Source: a virus
DNA: 64,000 nucleotides
IMG/VR virus record: IMGVR_UViG_3300025872_000051
Location: 12,162 to 76,161 of that record
Direction: 5' to 3' (one strand)
Under the pieces are notes generated by a model that saw nothing but the letters and a program-made list of their open reading frames with translations, had not been told where the DNA came from and searched no databases. Within the stretch, counting starts at the first letter, position 1, and the number at the start of each line of letters is the position of its first letter. Shown one piece after another: positions 7,388 through 14,009 of this stretch. A program made the translations under genes and the position numbers.

Positions 7388-7555
7388 ACTGACACTTTCA
7401 CCGTTCGTTTCTGGTCTGAATCTCTTGATTCTCCAGAATACATTGGACCTTTCTACTCTGAAGAAGATGCCCAAGATTATTGCGATGCCCGCAACGGTTC
7501 GCTATCTCTAAGCGGTATTCCTTCCTGGGTTGCAAACTACTCTATCGTTGACTGA
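7385..7555 (+). CDS. hypothetical protein (56 aa, YIGPFYSEEDA motif)
   Basis: Starts at the repeat ATG; no alternative in-frame ATG. Confidence 0.65.
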   Translation: MTDTFTVRFWSESLDSPEYIGPFYSEEDAQDYCDARNGSLSLSGIPSWVANYSIVD

Positions 7556-7557
7556 TT

Positions 7558-7761
7558 ATGCTCTTCCAAGTTACTGAAATTGAGTTTGATTTTGAGATGG
7601 AGGATGATGAATATCCTTCAGATGATTATCAACAAGCACTCACAGAAGAAACAATCGGTCAAATCTGGGAAGCAGATGATGAGGATGATCTAGTTGAAGA
7701 GATTACCTGTGCGACAGGTTGGTGCATTAAATCCATTGATTATCGTCACATTCTGAAATGA
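7558..7761 (+). CDS. acidic hypothetical protein
   Basis: ORF track. Confidence 0.75.
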   Translation: MLFQVTEIEFDFEMEDDEYPSDDYQQALTEETIGQIWEADDEDDLVEEITCATGWCIKSIDYRHILK

Positions 7762-7898
7762 GAATTGTCCTTCTCTTCGCTACACTTTTCGTTGGTATTC
7801 AGTTCGGAGCAAATGCTATCGCAACCGTGAGTGAGTATCAAGAACAGCAAGCAGATCGCTTCTGTGAAATCAACCCCAACTACTGCAACGCAAAATGA
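7758..7898 (+). CDS. small membrane/secreted protein (46 aa)
   Basis: Hydrophobic N-terminus MRIVLLFATLFVGIQFGANAIA; ATGA-coupled at both ends. Confidence 0.6.
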   Translation: MRIVLLFATLFVGIQFGANAIATVSEYQEQQADRFCEINPNYCNAK

Positions 7899-8113
7899 AC
7901 ATTACTCAAGAACAATACGATCTACTGGTTGCAAAATACGCCAGCGACATTGTAGAAGGAATGGATATGGACAGTTTGATAGAGTTTGCGTGTGATACGA
8001 TTGAAGAAAATCTCCGCAAGATGCACCCCAATTCTGATGAACTTCTCCAAGAGATTTCAGAGGTTTATGGTGAAGATTATGCGGAAGAGTTCGTGCAAAG
8101 TGTAATTGAATGA
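7895..8113 (+). CDS. acidic hypothetical protein
   Basis: ORF track. Confidence 0.75.
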   Translation: MNITQEQYDLLVAKYASDIVEGMDMDSLIEFACDTIEENLRKMHPNSDELLQEISEVYGEDYAEEFVQSVIE

Positions 8114-8255
8114 CACGCAGAAGTTTAACACTCAAACCGCCTTGCAAAGTGAAAACAATTCTCCTGATTTTCACCGTTGCGTTTATACTCTCGCCAGGAG
8201 TTCGTAACGTTACCGCTAACACATTGCACACCGTCGCTGATATTATTCAACCACA

Positions 8256-8396
8256 ATGATTGAAACTGATTTCTTTATTCTCTCACAAGAACAGTATCAG
8301 CAAACTCTCCAAGATGCTGCCATTGAAGGTGTATCTGTTGACTACTATTTGCTGGAGTTTTGTACTGTTGAAGGTGAGTGGGTTACAGTGGAATAA
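8256..8396 (+). CDS. hypothetical protein (46 aa)
   Basis: Manually read ORF; stop TAA is the start of repeat copy 7. Confidence 0.65.
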   Translation: MIETDFFILSQEQYQQTLQDAAIEGVSVDYYLLEFCTVEGEWVTVE

Positions 8397-8429
8397 AATA
8401 GCTCACCTCTAAAGTGTCCCAATAGTATG
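8394..8429 (+). repeat. boundary element copy 7
   Basis: TAAAATAGCTCACCTCTAAAGTGTCCCAATAGTATG. Confidence 0.95.
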
Positions 8430-8675
8430 AACGACCAAACCTCCTACACTTCTCCTCACACTGGTAACATTTATCAGTGTATTGTTGAGAAGAATTGGCG
8501 TCAATCTTGGGACGCAAATGGTAATGCTTTCAAGAAGTATTACAACACTTATAGTTTCTTTCTGAATGGAGAGTTTATCACTAAAACTCTTCACAATGAT
8601 GAAAAGACTCTAAGCACAACGTTTGGAGAGTTGGAGGGAGTTTATACTCCTTGGATGACATCTGCAAGGGATTAA
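8427..8675 (+). CDS. hypothetical protein
   Basis: Start codon comes from copy 7 and stop codon from copy 8. Confidence 0.75.
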   Translation: MNDQTSYTSPHTGNIYQCIVEKNWRQSWDANGNAFKKYYNTYSFFLNGEFITKTLHNDEKTLSTTFGELEGVYTPWMTSARD

Positions 8676-8708
8676 AATTACTCACCTCCAAAGCGTCCTA
8701 GTAGTATG
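8673..8708 (+). repeat. boundary element copy 8
   Basis: TAAAATTACTCACCTCCAAAGCGTCCTAGTAGTATG. Confidence 0.93.
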
Positions 8709-8993
8709 AACACAAACGATCTCCTAGACAGCATCAAACTCTCTGAGCAACTGGCGCTGGAAAACTATCAACAACGCAACGGTGTTGTTGATTATCGCCT
8801 TGACGGAGTTTGCAATCATTACTTCGCAAAGTATGATTGGAATGGTAAGCGTGACGGTGAGATTTGTCTCACTTGTAAAGTTTCCAAAACCGTAAAAGGT
8901 TCGCTCCGTTACACTTTCCAGATTGACGGTAAGCGTATCGCATACAAAGAGATTTGGACTAAGTTTAACTCTCTTGGTGCATTTCGCATCTGA
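8706..8993 (+). CDS. hypothetical protein
   Basis: ORF track; starts at the repeat ATG. Confidence 0.75.
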   Translation: MNTNDLLDSIKLSEQLALENYQQRNGVVDYRLDGVCNHYFAKYDWNGKRDGEICLTCKVSKTVKGSLRYTFQIDGKRIAYKEIWTKFNSLGAFRI

Positions 8994-9030
8994 TTTTTCT
9001 CACAAACTCATTCATTCTTAAGTAACACAA

Positions 9031-9297
9031 ATGACGATGACTTCTCAAACGATTACTCTTGAACAGTTCCACGATTTGCTTTCTGATGCTTATGCTGTGA
9101 GTGTGAACGATACTCTATACTTTGTAGGGTATGATACAGATGACAATCCTTACATTTCCGACAATGATGGGCAGGATTATGTTGACCTTTCTACTGTAGA
9201 TGGTGATATTGAAGTTCACAAAAACTATGTGTTCTTTCATGTGAACGGTGAACCTCTTCAGATGGTTTTTCTCAACATTAAACCGCTTAATTTCTGA
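9031..9297 (+). CDS. hypothetical protein
   Basis: ORF track. Confidence 0.7.
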   Translation: MTMTSQTITLEQFHDLLSDAYAVSVNDTLYFVGYDTDDNPYISDNDGQDYVDLSTVDGDIEVHKNYVFFHVNGEPLQMVFLNIKPLNF

Positions 9298-9303
9298 ACT
9301 GAA

Positions 9304-9483
9304 ATGACTAGCACTTTTTATCTTGTTCGCGCTGAGAATCGCCGTGAACCTGAATCATATGTTTGCGGTCTTTATGTAACAGAAACTGAAGCACAAGAGC
9401 GAGTTGATTCTCTAAAAGAAGAATACGATTTTGCCTGGTTTGATGACATTCAAGTCGGTGATCTAGATCTCTGTAATCGCTGA
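9304..9483 (+). CDS. hypothetical protein (59 aa)
   Basis: Manually read ORF. Confidence 0.6.
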   Translation: MTSTFYLVRAENRREPESYVCGLYVTETEAQERVDSLKEEYDFAWFDDIQVGDLDLCNR

Positions 9484-9497
9484 AATCTCCAAGCGAT

Positions 9498-9533
9498 TAA
9501 AGTTACTCACCTCCAAAGTGTCCCAGTAGTATA
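9498..9533 (+). repeat. boundary element copy 9
   Basis: TAAAGTTACTCACCTCCAAAGTGTCCCAGTAGTATA. Confidence 0.92.
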
Positions 9534-9558
9534 ACCACCACACTTTCCCAACCACAAA

Positions 9559-9870
9559 ATGCGTAAGATTGAAGCACAAATGAACCGCGCAATCTCCCAA
9601 GAGATTGATTGGCAAAAAGACAACACTCAAGTTATCAACATTGAAGGCGTAAGTTTCGTCTATCTGTATAGCAATCTGATTGCTATGGTTGGTGATACTT
9701 GGTTGGAACTGTTTGATGGCGGACATCAAACAAATACCACCAAATCGCGTCTCAATGCTATTCTTGCAGAGCACGGAACTGGTGAGCGTGTTTATCAAAA
9801 AGATTTCACTTGGTTTGTATCAACATCCAACGGTGAAGTTCCTTTCAACAATGGTATCAAACTTTCCTGA
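9559..9870 (+). CDS. conserved cyanophage-type hypothetical protein (MRKIEAQMN...TTKSRLNA)
   Basis: ORF track; recognisable family signature. Confidence 0.8.
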   Translation: MRKIEAQMNRAISQEIDWQKDNTQVINIEGVSFVYLYSNLIAMVGDTWLELFDGGHQTNTTKSRLNAILAEHGTGERVYQKDFTWFVSTSNGEVPFNNGIKLS

Positions 9871-10067
9871 TGACTGAATCTCAAATCCTTCAACTTCGTT
9901 TTCTTTGTAGTGATGTGATTTTCGATTTTGAGTTTACACAATTCCTGATTGATAATCCACAAGACAAAGACAAAATCAAACAAAAAGCGCAACAATACTA
10001 CAACAAACTTCAAGCAATTCTTGGTGATGCCTATGTCCCTGATTCTGAAATGTCTCTCCCGTGCTGA
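9870..10067 (+). CDS. hypothetical protein
   Basis: ORF track; TGATG-coupled. Confidence 0.6.
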   Translation: MTESQILQLRFLCSDVIFDFEFTQFLIDNPQDKDKIKQKAQQYYNKLQAILGDAYVPDSEMSLPC

Positions 10068-10207
10068 GGAGTTAGCAAACGAAATCAATGGTGATTTGTT
10101 CTATGTACCTGAAGAAGATGTCCAACAACTTATCTCCAAACTCACCGAAGATAATGTAGAAGAGATTGCATCAGAACTCGCAGATTTAGCATACTGGTTT
10201 AACTAAA

Positions 10208-10339
10208 ATGTTCGTTATTCGTTACTTCCGTCCTTATACTCAAGAATGGAATACTCAGTCATTCAGTACACTTGAAGAAGCACAATCTATGATTGACTTC
10301 TATCGTTCTTGCGGTTCCCCTGCTAATCTTATCAAATGA
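10208..10339 (+). CDS. small conserved phage protein (43 aa, ...FYRSCGSPA)
   Basis: Manually read ORF. Confidence 0.65.
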   Translation: MFVIRYFRPYTQEWNTQSFSTLEEAQSMIDFYRSCGSPANLIK

Positions 10340-10611
10340 AAGTCGCTCCAATTTCTTTCGCCAAAGCGTCCAATCGTTCCAACTATTATTGTACTTTAAT
10401 CAACAATCTGTATAAGAAAGGTTATACGACTCAACAGATTGCAGATGAGTTAGGTATGGGAAAGACATCAGTTCGTTATTACTATTATGGTCTACATAAC
10501 TGTTCTGAAGCACAGTATCATTGGAAAAATGCTTTCAATGCAAATAAAGAACTCGGATACATTCAGCACAGTTTAACACAAATTCGCGTCGGTACTTCTG
10601 TTCCTATTTGA
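10336..10611 (+). CDS. helix-turn-helix DNA-binding protein
   Basis: KKGYTTQQIADELGMGKTSVRYY HTH pattern. Confidence 0.7.
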   Translation: MKVAPISFAKASNRSNYYCTLINNLYKKGYTTQQIADELGMGKTSVRYYYYGLHNCSEAQYHWKNAFNANKELGYIQHSLTQIRVGTSVPI

Positions 10612-10615
10612 TGTT

Positions 10616-10774
10616 ATGACAATCACAAGTTTCTATAACGGAGAATCGTATTCTAAGTTTGATTCGTATTATGAACCAGAGCACGATGATGTAATGGATG
10701 CAGATGATTATGAACGTAGAGAGTATTATCGTAATGGATGGAATGAAGAGCAATACGATAGACAAAGGTTCTGA
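10616..10774 (+). CDS. acidic hypothetical protein (52 aa)
   Basis: Manually read ORF. Confidence 0.5.
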   Translation: MTITSFYNGESYSKFDSYYEPEHDDVMDADDYERREYYRNGWNEEQYDRQRF

Positions 10775-10787
10775 GTTATGATATAAT
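10759..10787 (+). promoter_or_regulatory. sigma70-type promoter
   Basis: TAGACA-17 bp-TATAAT with an extended -10 TG. Confidence 0.8.
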
Positions 10788-10792
10788 GAAGA

Positions 10793-10907
10793 GGAAGGGA
10801 GTTTGCCTCTATTCAGTAAACAAAGTGACTTCCGTAGAGTATAGATAATTTCCAATAAAAGGTGGTTGGGTGTATAAGAGAGGGACTGGTAATCCCTCTC
10901 TTTTTTT
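10793..10907 (+). ncRNA. putative structured small RNA (~115 nt)
   Basis: Lies between a near-consensus promoter and an intrinsic terminator, with no ORF; nested stems and a possible pseudoknot. Confidence 0.55.
10876..10907 (+). terminator. intrinsic terminator
   Basis: AAGAGAGGGA-CTGGTAA-TCCCTCTCTT followed by a T run; converges with the HNH gene stop. Confidence 0.85.
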
Positions 10908-11409
10908 ATGTCAACAAACGACGTAATCCGTATTGCATAATGTAACTGTCTAATGCACTTTCAATGATAGTATTGAAGAATGTATTGTTATCAGGAACTG
11001 GTAATCCTTTTCTTATAGAAGCAGAGTAAACGTTCTTTATTTTTTCTGCTACAAAATCGTCAACAATATAACCATCAAACTGCTTTTGTTTCTTATCCTC
11101 TTTCCATTCAATGTTCTCTAATCTGTTATCACTTTTATCACCATTCTTATGTTCAACATCGCGTGAAATGTTGTCAGTAGGAATGAAAGCAAGTGCCATC
11201 AATCTATGAACAGAAAAGTTCTTTAATCGTCCTGTATTATCCGTTAATCTTACAAATCTATCTGCTGATGTTTTGCTCTTCCAACCAGGAGAAAGTTTCT
11301 TTGATTTGTTATTCTTAAAGGACCAAACATTACCCTCTGTGTCTATACCATAATCAGGGTAACATTTCAGTGCTTCAACATTAGAGAAGTGCTTGATTCT
11401 TGTCTCCAT
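10906..11409 (-). CDS. NUMOD4/HNH (I-HmuI-like) protein, possibly catalytically degenerate
   Basis: Y.I...G.VWS N-terminus; VHRLMALAF...VEHKNGDKSDNRLENIEW; the usual downstream EN..H is absent. Confidence 0.75.
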   Translation of the reverse strand: METRIKHFSNVEALKCYPDYGIDTEGNVWSFKNNKSKKLSPGWKSKTSADRFVRLTDNTGRLKNFSVHRLMALAFIPTDNISRDVEHKNGDKSDNRLENIEWKEDKKQKQFDGYIVDDFVAEKIKNVYSASIRKGLPVPDNNTFFNTIIESALDSYIMQYGLRRLLT

Positions 11410-11578
11410 TTGTGTGTTTTTTCCTGTCTGATTTATGTAGGGAAAAAGAGATTTCCACTTGTGGAAAACGTGAAATGAGTTATAATGCGTGAAATAAAGG
11501 TGTTGTGAAAAGTGTATAGAATGTGAGGGTATTCTCTCTGTATTCTTATAAATGTGCTGAGACCTTGTTATCTAAGCG

Positions 11579-11607
11579 AGCATACACAAAGGAACGCGAT
11601 TTGTCAA
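11579..11607 (-). promoter_or_regulatory. sigma70-type promoter toward the HNH gene
   Basis: Minus strand TTGACA-17 bp-TATGCT. Confidence 0.55.
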
Positions 11608-11680
11608 CCCCCAAAGTCACAAAATCCTCACAAGACCCCCGCAAAATCCCCCGGAGCGCCCCTAAATACTCCTCAGGTAC

Positions 11681-11709
11681 TTGACACTTACCCCAAGACA
11701 TTATAGAAT
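11681..11709 (+). promoter_or_regulatory. sigma70-type promoter
   Basis: TTGACA-17 bp-TAGAAT, followed by an AGGAG RBS and ATG 11737. Confidence 0.85.
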
Positions 11710-11736
11710 GTTTCCATAGCACACAGGAGCGTACTT

Positions 11737-11910
11737 ATGTCAGTTGTGTATCACCAGGCACAGAAGCAGCGTTATAGGGTAACTCTAGAACTCAATGTCC
11801 TATCCGACTTCGATCCACACCAAATTGACTGGGAGAAACTATTCAAATTGGAACCTGCAGAGAGGTGTGAAGCATACGTGGAGGATCTAGATTGCCCCTC
11901 TAAGTGGTAA
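11737..11910 (+). CDS. conserved small phage protein (57 aa, ...DFDPHQIDWEKLF...)
   Basis: Manually read ORF with an RBS and promoter. Confidence 0.75.
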   Translation: MSVVYHQAQKQRYRVTLELNVLSDFDPHQIDWEKLFKLEPAERCEAYVEDLDCPSKW

Positions 11911-11922
11911 AATAGGCACTTT

Positions 11923-11976
11923 TAGTTTTGATAGCATAACCCCCCCTAAATACCCCTAGTTATGCTATCAAAACTA
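11923..11976. repeat. perfect 18-bp inverted repeat with CTAAATA in the loop
   Basis: TAGTTTTGATAGCATAAC (11923-11940) / GTTATGCTATCAAAACTA (11959-11976). Confidence 0.95.
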
Positions 11977-12155
11977 TGAGACCATTAAAGTATAAGAATT
12001 TGGGCAATGGAGTGATGATTCGCGTCCCTGAAATCGTCACCACAATTCTACCACAACTGCAAGACGTTATGCAACAGTTAGAGGATAACGGTGAGGATAG
12101 TCGTGAGGTGATAATGCAGATTCTCAGTGATGTTGAGGATCGCATCAATTCATAG
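11976..12155 (+). CDS. small protein, possible ribbon-helix-helix regulator (59 aa)
   Basis: MRPLKYKNLGNGVMIRVPEIV... followed by amphipathic helices. Confidence 0.55.
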   Translation: MRPLKYKNLGNGVMIRVPEIVTTILPQLQDVMQQLEDNGEDSREVIMQILSDVEDRINS

Positions 12156-12158
12156 TAT

Positions 12159-12194
12159 TATAATAGCTCACCTCTAAAGTGTCTCAGTAGTATA
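12159..12194 (+). repeat. boundary element copy 10
   Basis: TATAATAGCTCACCTCTAAAGTGTCTCAGTAGTATA. Confidence 0.93.
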
Positions 12195-12250
12195 AGGGCG
12201 CCACACTCTACACGGCGTTCTTATCACAAACACTTTCACTTTTCGTTGTT

Positions 12251-12595
12251 ATGAATTCCGCCCAAATCCTGACGTTCACTGAAGCATTTCCTCCCGCTCA
12301 TAAGTTGACTGAAACTCTGATGAACATTGACTATAAAAAGCACCTGAACACCTATATGGATGGTGTTATGAATGTCTGTGCATTTATCGCTGTGATCGCT
12401 ACTCTGATCGCCTCTAAGTGGCAGGAGAATGATGTTACTGAGCGTCTGCAAATCGCTGCTCTGAACGTTATCACCTGGACCCGCAACGTTGCAGTCCCCG
12501 CTGTGAAGAACGCAGCAACTGTAACTTATAACGCAGGTCAGAAAGTGCGTGAGGTTTATGATGTGATCTCTTCGCCTCTGTTCATTACTCTTTGA
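12251..12595 (+). CDS. hypothetical protein with a hydrophobic segment
   Basis: ORF track; VCAFIAVIATLIA segment. Confidence 0.75.
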   Translation: MNSAQILTFTEAFPPAHKLTETLMNIDYKKHLNTYMDGVMNVCAFIAVIATLIASKWQENDVTERLQIAALNVITWTRNVAVPAVKNAATVTYNAGQKVREVYDVISSPLFITL

Positions 12596-12606
12596 GTTGT
12601 AAGCAT

Positions 12607-12642
12607 TATAATATCTCACCTCTAAAGTGTCTCAGTAGTATA
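12607..12642 (+). repeat. boundary element copy 11
   Basis: TATAATATCTCACCTCTAAAGTGTCTCAGTAGTATA. Confidence 0.93.
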
Positions 12643-12688
12643 AGGGGCACACCCCAAACATCACAAACCAACCACAAATCTCCGACAA

Positions 12689-12862
12689 ATGACTAACACT
12701 TTCCGCGTTGTAATCCCTACCGCTGATGGTATACAAGTCGCTGGAGAGTTTCCTACTTGGTTGAATGCATCTCTGTTCCAGCAAGTTATTCTCACTGACC
12801 GCAATCTTAAGTGTTCGGTTGAATCGTTCTGTAACGGGATGTGGTTAAGCGAATGTGATTGA
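12689..12862 (+). CDS. hypothetical protein (57 aa)
   Basis: Manually read ORF. Confidence 0.55.
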   Translation: MTNTFRVVIPTADGIQVAGEFPTWLNASLFQQVILTDRNLKCSVESFCNGMWLSECD

Positions 12863-12908
12863 TTCTCTCTATTCTCATTAACACTTTTCACCCTACACTT
12901 TGCACCAA

Positions 12909-13157
12909 ATGACTATCGCTTTCCAACGCAATGCTCTTGACGTTTCCTATAACGGTTGGGAGAATTATGAGACCTGGAATGTTGCACTCTGGATTAACAA
13001 TGATGAGGGTTTGTATAACCTTGCCCGTGAGTGTGGTTCGTATCAGGATTTCGTTGAATATATCAGCGAGTTCATGACACAAACTCCTGATGGTGTTCGC
13101 TATGATGATCCTGCTGTAAATGCGATCCAAATCAATAGCGATGTGTTTGACTTCTAA
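12909..13157 (+). CDS. conserved phage protein (YNGWxNYETWNVxLW family)
   Basis: Recognisable N-terminal signature. Confidence 0.8.
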   Translation: MTIAFQRNALDVSYNGWENYETWNVALWINNDEGLYNLARECGSYQDFVEYISEFMTQTPDGVRYDDPAVNAIQINSDVFDF

Positions 13158-13270
13158 GTAACACAAAAGGGAATGAGATGCGCCCTAAAGACACTCACCA
13201 AACACGCCACAACGGGGGAGGTAGTGGCACCCCACCAAACACACAGTTTCTTACACTTTTCTTCTTCATT

Positions 13271-13411
13271 ATGTCCAAGCAAGTGATGATTTCCATGCTC
13301 AAGCAAGGTAACACTGGCGCTGAGATTCTGTCCATTCTGGATGCACTCACCGCTGATAATGTTTCGGAGGTTTCTGATAACGAACCCACTGCAGATGTGA
13401 TTGAGTTCTGA
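13271..13411 (+). CDS. small hypothetical protein (MSKQVMISMLKQGNTG...)
   Basis: C-terminal part of ORF 13178..13411; likely start at 13271. Confidence 0.6.
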   Translation: MSKQVMISMLKQGNTGAEILSILDALTADNVSEVSDNEPTADVIEF

Positions 13412-13419
13412 TAACACAG

Positions 13420-13461
13420 AGGGCACAGGGTTTGACACTCTGTGCCCTTGAATGTTATGAT
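13420..13461 (+). promoter_or_regulatory. sigma70 promoter with the -35 box inside a stem-loop (PeSL-like)
   Basis: AGGGCACAG/CTGTGCCCT stem enclosing TTGACA (13432-13437); 18-bp spacer; TGnTATGAT. Confidence 0.7.
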
Positions 13462-13617
13462 AGATTGGTGACACTGGCGGGCAGTTAAATGCGGTTGGTT
13501 TGTTATAGCGCGGCGCGGCGTTGTCCCGTATATAAAAACTTCGGGTCCCAGTGACCTCCAGAGGTGACAAAACGCGAGAGAAATATCAATCTCATAAAAA
13601 AATCCCGGAAGTATAAG

Positions 13618-13761
13618 ATGAGAAAAAAATCCCGCCCCTATTGGAATTTCTGGAAGGTTGTCTTTGCGGGATGGATGATCCGATATCCTGGAAAGATGTT
13701 TAGAATTATCGGAGTTCCTCTTGGAATACTGATAGTGGTAATATATAATGCAGTGAAATAA
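13618..13761 (+). CDS. small membrane protein
   Basis: PYWNFWKVVFAGWMIRYP plus a hydrophobic C-terminal helix. Confidence 0.6.
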   Translation: MRKKSRPYWNFWKVVFAGWMIRYPGKMFRIIGVPLGILIVVIYNAVK

Positions 13762-13783
13762 AAAAATTCCGGAAAAAATTTTT

Positions 13784-13984
13784 ATGGAAAAATATGAAAA
13801 GGTATATCACATCTACGCAAAACGCGAGTGCATTTATCACAGCCTTTCAGAGGAAAAATTCTCTGAAATCTGGGATATGTTACACAAGATGATTGAACTA
13901 CTTGATAGTAATTTCTCAGAAGAAGATTTACAGTATGAAGAAGTAATTGTAAATAAACTAATCACACAAAACGCTTCATATTGA
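13784..13984 (+). CDS. conserved cyanophage-type hypothetical protein
   Basis: ORF track. Confidence 0.75.
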   Translation: MEKYEKVYHIYAKRECIYHSLSEEKFSEIWDMLHKMIELLDSNFSEEDLQYEEVIVNKLITQNASY

Positions 13985-14009
13985 CAAACACTAAATAGAA
14001 CGATAAAAT
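13981..14009 (+). promoter_or_regulatory. nested early (sigma70) and late (gp55-type) promoter
   Basis: TTGACA-17 bp-TAAAAT, with CTAAATA in the spacer. Confidence 0.75.

Noticed and set aside
11932-11943. TAGCATAACCCC matches the start of the T7 T-phi terminator (possible vector contamination)
   Set aside because: The match is only 12 nt, the rest of the terminator is absent, and the sequence is explained by the local inverted repeat.
1079-12642. CRISPR array interpretation of the 33-36 bp repeat
   Set aside because: Intervals are 0.28-2.7 kb, variable and protein-coding, and no cas genes were seen.
1079-12642. Classical integron (attC) interpretation
   Set aside because: There are no RYYYAAC/GTTRRRY ends, no long attC hairpin and no IntI in the window. 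Only the organisational analogy is kept.
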